DNA of 64,000 bases from Minisyncoccota bacterium. GTDB lineage: Bacteria > Patescibacteriota > Minisyncoccia > Phycocordibacterales > UBA9973. Below are positions 17,512 through 26,439 of this stretch, in pieces. Numbering within the stretch: the stretch's first letter is position 1; every line of letters starts with the position of its first letter. The notes under the pieces were generated by a model. That model was not told the DNA's origin and searched no databases. It was given only the letters and a program-made list of their open reading frames with translations. The stretch lies in assembly GCA_041675085.1 (NCBI GenBank), contig JBAYUN010000001.1:9829-73828 (forward strand), read 5' to 3'. The position numbers were made by a program, and so were the translations under genes.

Positions 17512-19213
17512 TTTTAGTTTTCGAATCAAAATAATATCTTTCTTAATAATCCTTACTTCTTTTGTTTTTGTTGTGAGGATTTTTATGTTGCAGGTAGTGC
17601 AAAAAGAAGTTTTTGCGGAACGTGCTGATAGACAATACGTCACTCCGTCTTCAAATATCTATGAGCGTGGAAGTATTTTGTTTACTCGCAAAGACGGCGA
17701 ATTAGTATCTGGAGCAATGCAGATATCAGGTTTTAAGCTGGCTATAAATCCTAATCTTATTAAAGACAAAGAGGCTTTATACAAAAAACTATCTAGTATC
17801 GTAGAGATTGACTATAACGATTTTATTCTAAAAGCGAGTAAAAGCTCTGACCCTTATGAAGACATAAAGGGGCAACTACCGAAAGACGTAGCCGACAAGA
17901 TATCAGCTTTAAAATTAACAGGAGTTGAAGTCCATAAAGAAAAATGGCGTTTTTATCCAGGAGGGAATTTCGCTTCGCACTCTTTAGGTTTCGTCGGCTA
18001 TAATGGTAATTCCTTAGAAGGGCGGTACGGACTCGAGAGACAATACAACGGAGTCCTCTCGAGAGATAAAGATAACCCATACGTAAACTTTTTCGCAGAA
18101 GTCTTTTCGGATTTGAAAGAGAATCTTTTTGTAAATAATACTAAAAAAGGAGATATCATAACGACTATCGAACCCAACGTCGAGAGTTTCCTAGAGAAAG
18201 AAATAAACTTAGTTCGAGATAAATACAATGCCGACGCTATCGGCGGTATTATCATGAATCCAAAAGATGGATCTATCTATGCTATTTCTTCAAAGCCTGA
18301 TTTTGATTTGAACAATTTCTCTAAAGTAAAAGACGTATCTCTCTTTCGTAATCCTCTAGTCGAGAACGTTTTGGAATTCGGTTCTATTGTAAAGCCTCTT
18401 GTTATCGCTTCGGCTCTCGACGCAAAAGTTATTACAGCCGAGACTTTTTACAATGACTTGGGCTCGGTCACAGTTGAGAAAAAACAAATATACAACTTCG
18501 ACAAAAAAGGTCGCGGCCCAAATACTACAATGCAAGACGTGCTTAATCAATCTCTAAACACAGGTATGGTATACGCTTATCAAAAGCTTGGCAAAGACCG
18601 CATGAGAGACTATATGTTGGCTTATGGATTGAAAGACAAAACAGGTATTGATTTACCGAATGAGACATCTGGACTTGTATCAAACTTAAATAGTCCTCGC
18701 GAATTAGAATACGCCAACGCTTCTTTCGGGCAAGGTATCGCTATGACTCCGGTCAATATGATACGAGCATTAGCTGCACTCGGTAATGGAGGTAACCTAG
18801 TCACTCCGCATTTCGTACAGAAAATAAAATACGATGACGGTACATTTAAAGAGATGACTTATCCGACCAAGCCTACAAAGATAACTAAAGAGACGAGTGC
18901 TGAGATAAGTCGCATGCTAGTCACCGTGATGGACAAATCTCTAAAAGGTGGTACTGCTAAATTCGACCGCCACAGCGTCGCAGTAAAGACGGGTACAGCT
19001 CAAGTGGCTCGCCCTGACGGCAAAGGATATTATGATGATAGAAATACGCATTCTTTCTTTGGTTATTTCCCAGCTTATGATCCGCAATTCATAGTCTTGC
19101 TCTATGCAGTGAATCCAAAAGGTACGCCTTTTGCTTCCGTGACTTGGTCAGATCCTTTTTTGAATATTACTAAATTTTTGCTAAACTACTATGAAGTTCC
19201 GCCAGACAGATAG
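17501..19213 (+). CDS. ftsI: peptidoglycan D,D-transpeptidase (PBP, FtsI-like)
   Basis: 570 aa; N-terminal TM; SxxK 'SIVKP', SxN 'SLNTG', KTG 'KTGTA'. Confidence 0.9.
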   Translation: MKSNFSFRIKIISFLIILTSFVFVVRIFMLQVVQKEVFAERADRQYVTPSSNIYERGSILFTRKDGELVSGAMQISGFKLAINPNLIKDKEALYKKLSSIVEIDYNDFILKASKSSDPYEDIKGQLPKDVADKISALKLTGVEVHKEKWRFYPGGNFASHSLGFVGYNGNSLEGRYGLERQYNGVLSRDKDNPYVNFFAEVFSDLKENLFVNNTKKGDIITTIEPNVESFLEKEINLVRDKYNADAIGGIIMNPKDGSIYAISSKPDFDLNNFSKVKDVSLFRNPLVENVLEFGSIVKPLVIASALDAKVITAETFYNDLGSVTVEKKQIYNFDKKGRGPNTTMQDVLNQSLNTGMVYAYQKLGKDRMRDYMLAYGLKDKTGIDLPNETSGLVSNLNSPRELEYANASFGQGIAMTPVNMIRALAALGNGGNLVTPHFVQKIKYDDGTFKEMTYPTKPTKITKETSAEISRMLVTVMDKSLKGGTAKFDRHSVAVKTGTAQVARPDGKGYYDDRNTHSFFGYFPAYDPQFIVLLYAVNPKGTPFASVTWSDPFLNITKFLLNYYEVPPDR

Positions 19214-19248
19214 TAAAATACATAAATTTTAAATTAAAATAAATTCCC

Positions 19249-20601
19249 ATGAAACAAACTTTCAAAAAAATAATCTTAAATATCCTTAAAATAGAAGCTC
19301 AATTAGTTATTAAAAAATACAAACCCAAGATAATAACTATCACCGGTTCTCTCGGCAAGACTTCTACCAAAGACGCTATCTATGCAGTCTTGTCAGACGT
19401 ATATCATGTACGCATGAGCGAGAAGAGTTATAACAGTCAGATAGGTTTGCCTCTGACTATACTTGGATTGCCGAATGGTTGGAATGACCCTATGGTCTGG
19501 ATATTGAATATCTTGAAAGGTTTAAAATTGATAATCTTTAAAACTAAGTATCCTGAATATTTAGTCCTCGAAGTTGGAGTCGGTAAGCCGGGCGATATGA
19601 AAGAGACTGCTATGTGGCTACAGAGTGACGTCGTCGTTATGACGGCTATCGGCGACGTGCCAGCACATGTAGAATTCTTTAAATCCCGCGAGCATCTAAT
19701 AGAAGAAAAAAGTGGACTTATCAAAACTCTTAAAAAAGAGGGGACGCTAGTCTTGAATACAGACGACGCTGATATCCTCGCTATGAAGACCAAGACAAAA
19801 TCCCGTATTACGACTTATGGTTTTAATGAGCGTGCAGACCTTGTTTGTAGTAATGAAAATATTTTCTATATTCATCCTGATCATGATAATCAAGAAAAAA
19901 ATAAAGAACTGAATATTGAAAAAATCCTAAAAGAAACTATACCTGAAGGTATTACTTTTAGAGTCGACGTCGAAGGCGCTAGCTTCCCTGTAATCATCGA
20001 AGGAGTTTTCGGTAAGAATCATATCTATGCATCTCTAGCTTCGCTCGCTGTAGCTCATAGCTTAAAATTAAGCTTACTCGAATCTATCAATGCACTCAAG
20101 AATTATGAAGTCCCAGCTGGACGTATGAGATTGTTGCTAGGGGAGAATAATACTATCATCATCGACGATACTTATAACTCTTCACCCTTTGCTGTAGAGT
20201 CGGCTTTAAAGACTTTGAGTAGTATTGATTCATCTCCGAGAAAGATAGCTGTGCTTGGCGATATGCTCGAATTAGGACGTCATACCGAAGAGGCTCACAA
20301 TCATATCGGTAAAATAGCTAAAGAAACTATAGATATATTAGTAGTAGTCGGGCCGAGGGCTCAATCTATCAAAACTGGTGCTCTAGCGTCAGGTATGAAA
20401 GAAGAGAATATTTTTGAATTCCCGACAGCAATACTAGCAGGAGAATTCTTGAAAACATTTATTAAAAGGGGAGATATTATTTTGATTAAAGGTTCGCAAG
20501 GAGTACGCATGGAGCGCACAGTAGAGAAGATCTTAAAAGACAAACACAAAAAAGAAAAACTTCTCGTCAGACAAGAAAAGGAATGGATAGATAAAGAATA
20601 A
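19249..20601 (+). CDS. murF: UDP-N-acetylmuramoyl-tripeptide--D-alanyl-D-alanine ligase
   Basis: 450 aa; Mur ligase P-loop 'ITGSLGKTSTKD'; MurF-type C-terminus 'ILIKGSQGVRMERTVEKIL'. Confidence 0.8.
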   Translation: MKQTFKKIILNILKIEAQLVIKKYKPKIITITGSLGKTSTKDAIYAVLSDVYHVRMSEKSYNSQIGLPLTILGLPNGWNDPMVWILNILKGLKLIIFKTKYPEYLVLEVGVGKPGDMKETAMWLQSDVVVMTAIGDVPAHVEFFKSREHLIEEKSGLIKTLKKEGTLVLNTDDADILAMKTKTKSRITTYGFNERADLVCSNENIFYIHPDHDNQEKNKELNIEKILKETIPEGITFRVDVEGASFPVIIEGVFGKNHIYASLASLAVAHSLKLSLLESINALKNYEVPAGRMRLLLGENNTIIIDDTYNSSPFAVESALKTLSSIDSSPRKIAVLGDMLELGRHTEEAHNHIGKIAKETIDILVVVGPRAQSIKTGALASGMKEENIFEFPTAILAGEFLKTFIKRGDIILIKGSQGVRMERTVEKILKDKHKKEKLLVRQEKEWIDKE

Positions 20602-20605
20602 TAAA

Positions 20606-20944
20606 TTATTTTCTATTGTATTTATCTTCGAGTCTGACTATATCATGCTCGTCGAATTCTCCGAGAGCTATCTCTAAGAATGAAATATCGGTAATACCTT
20701 GCATCCTGTGATTGGTATTTTCAGGGATAAATATTTCTTCGCCTTCTTTAGTCTCGCGAGTCTCGTCGCCTATAGTGACCAAGCCTTGACCTTTGAGTAT
20801 TTTCCAGAATTCAGCTCTATTGTTATGATACTGCAAACTAAAAGCTTCGTCTTTTTTGACGGTTATTATTTTGACTGTACTCTTTTGATTTAAAGTAAAA
20901 CGTTCAAATTCTCCCCAAGGTCTTTGTTCTGTGTATTTTTCCAT
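20606..20944 (-). CDS. cupin domain protein
   Basis: 112 aa; 'PWGEFERFTLNQKSTVKIITVKKDEAFSLQYHNNRAEFWKILKGQG' matches the small cupin/mannose-6-phosphate-isomerase-like fold. Confidence 0.7.
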   Translation of the reverse strand: MEKYTEQRPWGEFERFTLNQKSTVKIITVKKDEAFSLQYHNNRAEFWKILKGQGLVTIGDETRETKEGEEIFIPENTNHRMQGITDISFLEIALGEFDEHDIVRLEDKYNRK

Positions 20945-21045
20945 CCCGTTAAATATTTTTGATTAATTTATAATTATACTGCACGTTTTGTTTTTTTGTA
21001 GATTAAATTTGTGAATACCCGTTATTTAAAATATTTAACGGGATC
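20945..21045 (-). promoter_or_regulatory. conserved 5' leader module, copy 2 (upstream of the cupin gene)
   Basis: Minus sense: ATCCCGTTAAATATTTTAAATAACGGG palindrome, ~73 nt, then ...AATTATAAATTAATCAAAAATATTTAACGGG-ATG; 34-nt block identical to copy 1. Confidence 0.6.
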
Positions 21046-21302
21046 CATATTCTTATTATACATATTGTTTTTTTATTTGTATATTATGCATATTTATCAT
21101 TTGACTTTGTCTTTCTAAAGTAGTATTTTAAAGGAGAGTAGATCTTTTTATTAATTTTTAAATCTTATCAGATGAATGATTCAATGAGATACCAGATTAA
21201 GTATCTGGCGCTAATATTGATTGAAGCTTTAGCTCTACCTTTAATTTTTGGATAAAATTATCTAATTTTGGGTTTTTTTGTAAAGGAGCCCTATTATTAC
21301 TG

Positions 21303-21336
21303 ATGTGTTGACGCCGGTCAACACATTTTTATTTTG
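21303..21336 (+). terminator. rho-independent terminator
   Basis: GTGTTGAC-gccg-GTCAACAC followed by ATTTTTATTTT. Confidence 0.7.
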
Positions 21337-21418
21337 CAAAAAAGAAGATTTCTGGTAAGATTTCAATATTGGCCCTATTCCTTCTTCGCTATTGCTACGA
21401 AGGACAAGCGTCTAATTT

Positions 21419-21493
21419 GGCTCTATCGTCTAACGGTTAGGACACATCCTTCTCAAGGATGGAATCAGAGTTCGATTCTCTGTAGAGTCACCA
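21419..21493 (+). tRNA. tRNA-Glu (anticodon CTC)
   Basis: Manual fold: 7-bp acceptor GGCTCTA/TAGAGTC (one G-U), anticodon stem CATCC/GGATG, loop TTCTCAA, T-arm CAGAG-TTCGATT-CTCTG, encoded CCA. Confidence 0.85.
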
Positions 21494-21592
21494 CTTCGCT
21501 CTTGTTTACAAGAGCTACGCGGTGCACGCACTTTCGTTCGAGTAATTGTAGTATTTTGCTTGTTATAATTTGTGTTATAATAAATATAAACC

Positions 21593-22663
21593 ATGACAAA
21601 TGCTTTGAAAGTAAAAAAAAATATAATAGATGATGACGAGCATGTAAATTTTAGTTTTAAAAATTCTCAAATAAAAATAGAGAATAATTTTAAATTTATT
21701 GATTTTTGTGCAGGTATTGGAGCAGGCAGATTGGGTCTTGAAAAAAATGGACTTACTTGTGTTGGTTTTTCTGAGATAGACAAGCAAGCTGAAAAAACTT
21801 ACAGAAAATTTTTTGGTGCAGATGAAATAAATTATGGTGATTTAATGAAAATTGACACAAGTCAATTACCAGATTTTGATATTATGATAGCTGGATTTCC
21901 TTGCCAGACTTTTTCTGTTATTGGACAAAGAAAAGGAATGCAAGATGAACGCGGCCAAATTATTTATGGGCTTATCAAGATAATGCGTGATAAAAATCTA
22001 AAATACTTCATATTAGAAAATGTAAAAGGACTAACAAATCATGATAATGGAAATTCTTTAAAAGTCATTCTCAGTGAACTTGATAAGGCAGGTTATAAAG
22101 TATTTTCGGAAGTGTTAAATAGTATTGATTATGGAGTACCTCAAATGCGTGAAAGAATTTATTTTGTTGGGGTAAGAAAAGATTTAATTCCTGAAAATTT
22201 TACTTTCTCTTTTCCTGTTAAACAACCAAGGGTAAATGTGAAAGATTATCTTGTAGATGATGTAGATTTACATTTTGATAAAAAAAAAGAAGTTTATTCT
22301 ACTTTTTTAAAATATTTAAACAATAAATACAATATAGATAAGTTTTCTGTAAAAGATCTTTTGAAGAGAGATTTTTTAGTTTTAGACACTAGACAATCAG
22401 ACCTAAGATTGTATGATAATAGGGTACCTACATTAAGGACAGGGCGTCATGGTATTTTGTACGTTAGAAATGGAAAGTTTAGACAGCTTTCTGGTTATGA
22501 ATCTTTGTTGCTTCAAGGTTTTCCTGAAGAATTAGCCAAAAAAGTTAAAGGTAGCGTTGAAGAAATTCATCTTTTAAGGCAAACAGGAAATGCTATGACT
22601 GTAAGTACAATTTATTTTATTGTAAAAGAATTATTTAATAGCTTGAAAAAATATGAAAAATAA
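21593..22663 (+). CDS. DNA (cytosine-5)-methyltransferase (Type II R-M methylase)
   Basis: 356 aa; motif I 'FIDFCAGIGAGRLG', motif IV 'GFPCQTFS', motif VI 'ILENVKGL'. Confidence 0.9.
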   Translation: MTNALKVKKNIIDDDEHVNFSFKNSQIKIENNFKFIDFCAGIGAGRLGLEKNGLTCVGFSEIDKQAEKTYRKFFGADEINYGDLMKIDTSQLPDFDIMIAGFPCQTFSVIGQRKGMQDERGQIIYGLIKIMRDKNLKYFILENVKGLTNHDNGNSLKVILSELDKAGYKVFSEVLNSIDYGVPQMRERIYFVGVRKDLIPENFTFSFPVKQPRVNVKDYLVDDVDLHFDKKKEVYSTFLKYLNNKYNIDKFSVKDLLKRDFLVLDTRQSDLRLYDNRVPTLRTGRHGILYVRNGKFRQLSGYESLLLQGFPEELAKKVKGSVEEIHLLRQTGNAMTVSTIYFIVKELFNSLKKYEK

Positions 22664-23423
22664 AAAAAGAAACTCTGAAGAGATGGTTGTTCTTGGTTCT
22701 AAAACTGCTAAAGCTGGTTTTCGTAATGAGAATGATGTCATAGAGCGCTTTAATAATTGGGAAAAAGATAGTATTGCTAAGGAATGGTTAGCTGGAATGA
22801 ATTATAATATTGATGATATTGAATTTGTGAAAGCATCAAAGGTTAAAGGGCAGTACAAAGCAGATATTCAAGTAAGAATTACTGTATTAATTAAGTTAAA
22901 ATCTCAAGAAGATATACAAAATTTACAAATAAAGCTCGTTAGTAATCCTCAAGGCTTTAATCAAATAGATAAAAGGTGGGTAGATAGATATGTAGAACTT
23001 TGGAATATCCCAAATGATATTGTTAAGATTCTAAAACTTTTTACAGGAGAAATAATTTCCAAAAGAAAGAATCTGAGAGATTCTCGTAGAATGTTTTTAG
23101 ATGAAATGCCTAAGTCTGATCAATATAAATTGGTTAATTTTTTTAATACGCAGAAAATTTTGATTATTTCTGATTTATTGAAGGGTAGAGGAGAATTTTC
23201 AGCAGATTGGACTTTGGTAATTTTAAAAAATGGCGAAGAAAGTAGATGGGTTTTACGCTCTATTAATCACGTTATGAATGTTTTTGGTAACGGGGAAGTA
23301 AGAATAACAAAAGAAGGTAGTTTAAAGATTGGTAAAATTGGTATGCAACGAAAAGGTGGGGATGCTGGTCGTAAAACAGCACAAATGTTACAGTTTAAGA
23401 TTAATCCAGTTGAATTATTTTAA
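22653..23423 (+). CDS. putative Type II restriction endonuclease, partner of the C5-methyltransferase
   Basis: 256 aa; overlaps the methylase stop (real start may be Met at 22683); no housekeeping similarity; call based on context. Confidence 0.45.
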   Translation: MKNKKRNSEEMVVLGSKTAKAGFRNENDVIERFNNWEKDSIAKEWLAGMNYNIDDIEFVKASKVKGQYKADIQVRITVLIKLKSQEDIQNLQIKLVSNPQGFNQIDKRWVDRYVELWNIPNDIVKILKLFTGEIISKRKNLRDSRRMFLDEMPKSDQYKLVNFFNTQKILIISDLLKGRGEFSADWTLVILKNGEESRWVLRSINHVMNVFGNGEVRITKEGSLKIGKIGMQRKGGDAGRKTAQMLQFKINPVELF

Positions 23424-23461
23424 AAAAGCATATAAATCACTTTTTGTTATAATTACCTTAA

Positions 23462-23697
23462 TGCTTAAACGTGATAAATATAAAATGCCGATAGATATAA
23501 AGAATGCTCTCGTCAGTAGCAATCTTTTGGCTGATTATAAAGCTCGTCCTTCTTATCAACAAAATGATTATATCGGTTGGATTACTAGGGCAAAACTAAA
23601 TGCAACAAGGATAAAGAGATTGGATCAAATGCTCCAAGAATTAAAAGTAGGGGGAGTATATATGAAAATGAAACACCCTGCTTCTGCTAAAAAATAA
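23462..23697 (+). CDS. YdeI/OmpD-associated family protein
   Basis: 'YKARPSYQQNDYIGWITRAKLNATRIKRLDQMLQELKVGGVY' matches the YdeI family; the track ORF 23329..23697 overlaps the REase, so an internal start was chosen. Confidence 0.6.
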
Positions 23698-23745
23698 AAT
23701 AAAAAAACCTACTAAAAGTAGGCTTGTGTAGTTTTAAAAATAAAA

Positions 23746-24087
23746 TTAATTCTTTTTAAGTACCATTACCTTTTCGACTCTGAGATCTACCTTAGTTCTT
23801 TCTAAGTTGCAGATTTTTTGGATCATGTATTTGATTTGTTCGATGATCCTCTCTTTGTTTTCTTCTTTTTCTATTCCTGAAATCTGTATTGTAATACTTG
23901 CTTTATTTTGATTAGATTTTGTTTTCTGTATAGATAAGTTAGCACTTCTTTCTTCCTCTAAGAGAATCCCGAGGTGCATGACTCTACCTTTACTGTCTGC
24001 TGAAACTATATTATTGCACGAACGCAACATTATTTCAGAAGCATTTAGAACGCCTGAAATGGTTTTGATTGAAATTAAAATTTTCAT
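23746..24087 (-). CDS. hypothetical protein, possibly HPF/YfiA-like beta-alpha-beta-beta-alpha fold
   Basis: 113 aa; predicted secondary-structure order and C-terminal helix 'IIEQIKYMIQKICNLERTK' vaguely resemble ribosome hibernation factors. Confidence 0.3.
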   Translation of the reverse strand: MKILISIKTISGVLNASEIMLRSCNNIVSADSKGRVMHLGILLEEERSANLSIQKTKSNQNKASITIQISGIEKEENKERIIEQIKYMIQKICNLERTKVDLRVEKVMVLKKN

Positions 24088-24390
24088 TTTTATTTTTTTT
24101 ATTGTTTAAAAGAATGTATTTCAGTTTTATACTATTACTTTTAAGGATTAAAGTCAAAAATTATCTCTTGTAATATAATCCGATCTACAACGGCATTAGT
24201 AGTAGTACAAGTTGATGTTTTGCTAGAAGTTTATTTTCGGCATATTGATATTTATACTTTTTGAATAAGGTTAATTGTCCAAGAAACAATAGAGGAATAC
24301 TGGTTTCTAATTAAATACATACTGGTATTTTCTTGAAAAGCGCTCATATTTTAATCTGAGGGCTTTTTGTTTTTGTGTTAGAATAAATAT

Positions 24391-24843
24391 ATGCAACTAC
24401 AGATCGAAACAGTAGAGATGTTGAAAAAAGCAGGCAAGCTAGAACGCAAACTCGTTTATCGTATTATCATGCTATTTTTTATAACCCTTATAACTTTTGT
24501 TATGCTGGTTTATGATTTGTTTTTGAATAATTTAAATTTGTTTGGTGTTGTGTTTTTCTCTATTTTTGGTTTTGTTTTGGGATTTTATATTTTTACTCGT
24601 ATGAACAAGGTAGTCTGGGATCAAAAAAGAGAGATAGTAGCTATGGGTAAATTTGATCTAACTAGTTTTGTATTGGTGCTCATTTATATAGCATATCGGA
24701 TAGAAGTAGGACTTTTGTTGAAAGATTATTATGGTGATGGTTTTGAGGTGTATGGGTTCTCTTTGGCTACTATATTTGGTGGAATGTTGGGGCGTTTTAT
24801 TGGTACATTTTACTCTATACATAAAGCTCATATTGAGAAGTAG
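24391..24843 (+). CDS. hypothetical membrane protein
   Basis: 150 aa; 3-4 TM helices. Confidence 0.5.
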   Translation: MQLQIETVEMLKKAGKLERKLVYRIIMLFFITLITFVMLVYDLFLNNLNLFGVVFFSIFGFVLGFYIFTRMNKVVWDQKREIVAMGKFDLTSFVLVLIYIAYRIEVGLLLKDYYGDGFEVYGFSLATIFGGMLGRFIGTFYSIHKAHIEK

Positions 24844-24893
24844 AAAATAAAAAAAGGTCTCGATAATTCGAAACCTTTTTATCTTTTAAAAAA

Positions 24894-26222
24894 TTATAAC
24901 AATTCACTTGCCAATTCAGCTAAAGGAGACCTTTCGCTTTTTGTTAAATGAATATGAGCAAAACAATCTTGTCCTTGAAATTTCTGAATTAAATAACTCA
25001 ATCCATTAGACCTCTGGTCTAGATAAGGGTGATCTATTTGTTTAGTGTCTCCAAGAAATACAATCTTTGTACCTTCTCCTGCTCTTGTTGTAATAGCTTT
25101 AATTTCTTTTGGTGTTAGATTTTGAGCTTCATCTATTATAAAAAATAAGTTAGATAAAGTTCTACCTCTGATGAGGCTTAAAGGCTCAATACTTAGTTTG
25201 TTTTTTGATTCAAAGTCACTTATCATGTTATGGTTTTCTGTATGTAGCGCTCTTAAAACATCTAAGTTGTCGTACATACCTTTCATGTAAGGGGATATTT
25301 TTGCATCAATATCACCAGGTAAAAATCCTTCATCATGATTACCCATAGATATGGTTTGCCTTGTAAACAAAGCTTGTTCATATTTGTCGGTTTTTAACAT
25401 TTGTAGAGCACAGGCTAAAGCAAGTATTGTTTTACCAGTTCCAGCTTTTCCTTCAAGTACGACTAAAGATATCCCTGAATCAAGTAAAGCATCAGCGCTA
25501 AAAGTCTGTTCGCTATTTTTGGTATTCAAGCCAAATGGTTTTACTTTTTTCTTATCTTCTAGTAAGAAGATTTTACCATCTTTGTACTTCGCAAGAGCTG
25601 TTTTGTTTTCACCTTTGTTGATTATGAAATACTCGTTAGGTAAAGCGTGTTTAAGTTCGCGTGTAATTGATTTTTTAGAAAACAGGTTGTCTACGACGGA
25701 CGCTTCCATTTTGATGTTTTTAGTTTCTTTAAATAAAATATTCAAATTTTCAACTGTTTCATGTAAAAAATCTTGAGCAATAATTCCAATAGCTTTTGCT
25801 TTTAGCCTTAAATTAACGTCTTTAGTTACAAGAATAATATCTCTCTCTTTGTTTTGTTCTTGTAATAAATAAGTTGTGTTTAGAATCTTAGCGTCAGTAT
25901 TTTTTTCACTTAAATTTTTTTCGATATTTGGGTGCCATTCGTTGGAAAGTTCTATTTTTAATACACCCAAATTCTCTCCAATCATAATACCACCATTGAA
26001 TATTTTTTTATGAGCCATTTCATCAACTAGTCGACAAAACTCTCTAGCATTATAATTAATTTCCTCAAAACCTTTTTTAAAGGTATCAAGTTCTTCAATT
26101 ACTTGTATCGGTATGACTACATCATGCTCTTCAAACTTGTAGATGCATGAATAATCATGAAGTATGACATTTGTATCTAGAACAAACATCTTTTTTTCGA
26201 GAGGACTTTTACTTTGCGTCAT
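24894..26222 (-). CDS. PhoH-like ATPase with N-terminal PIN domain (YlaK family)
   Basis: 442 aa; PIN 'MFVLDTNVILHD'; P-loop 'VLEGKAGTGKTILALA'; PhoH C-terminus. Confidence 0.85.
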   Translation of the reverse strand: MTQSKSPLEKKMFVLDTNVILHDYSCIYKFEEHDVVIPIQVIEELDTFKKGFEEINYNAREFCRLVDEMAHKKIFNGGIMIGENLGVLKIELSNEWHPNIEKNLSEKNTDAKILNTTYLLQEQNKERDIILVTKDVNLRLKAKAIGIIAQDFLHETVENLNILFKETKNIKMEASVVDNLFSKKSITRELKHALPNEYFIINKGENKTALAKYKDGKIFLLEDKKKVKPFGLNTKNSEQTFSADALLDSGISLVVLEGKAGTGKTILALACALQMLKTDKYEQALFTRQTISMGNHDEGFLPGDIDAKISPYMKGMYDNLDVLRALHTENHNMISDFESKNKLSIEPLSLIRGRTLSNLFFIIDEAQNLTPKEIKAITTRAGEGTKIVFLGDTKQIDHPYLDQRSNGLSYLIQKFQGQDCFAHIHLTKSERSPLAELASELL

Positions 26223-26439
26223 CTTAAAATATTTAAAGGGTTTAAAAAATTATTTAGTTCAGTCTACACTCACTAAAAATGCAGGCTGAGCTAAATAATC
26301 TATTTTGCCTTTATTTTGTCGAAGACCTAATTTATGTTTACAATAAGGTATTCTGTGTACTTTGTCAAACTTTAGATGCTTTAAAATGTTCATATATATT
26401 GGATTAAATAAAATGATTGCTTTGTGCTAAAATGTACTT

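Noticed and set aside
2332-20601. Numerous antisense or out-of-frame ORFs inside well-supported genes (e.g. 3743..4087, 4856..5062, 5278..5499, 5586..5768, 6852..7076, 7890..8102, 7997..8311, 8308..8557, 8590..8823, 8879..9151, 9212..9520, 11416..11790, 12280..12525, 16xxx-19xxx minus-strand ORFs, 19437..19793, 20361..20549, 20699..20893).
   Set aside because: Each is embedded in a gene with strong family signatures on the other strand or frame; compositions are low-complexity.
21334-21787. ORFs 21334..21633 (+) and 21575..21787 (-).
   Set aside because: They overlap tRNA-Glu and its promoter region, have low-complexity translations, and the latter lies antisense to the methylase start; treated as spurious.
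22653-23423. Assigning the putative endonuclease to a specific named enzyme (e.g. an MspI/HpaII-like CCGG enzyme).
   Set aside because: Only a vague recollection of a similar C-terminal string; the partner methylase is shorter than M.MspI; no reliable basis without a REBASE search.
23329-23697. Long form (122 aa) of the YdeI-like ORF starting at 23329.
   Set aside because: Its first ~45 codons overlap the 3' end of the endonuclease gene in another frame; conserved YdeI region starts after the Met at 23462.
24851-24885. Hairpin AAAGGTCTCGA-taat-TCGAAACCTTT between convergent genes as a strong terminator.
   Set aside because: Stem has a C/A mismatch; probably functional but not annotated as a confident feature.
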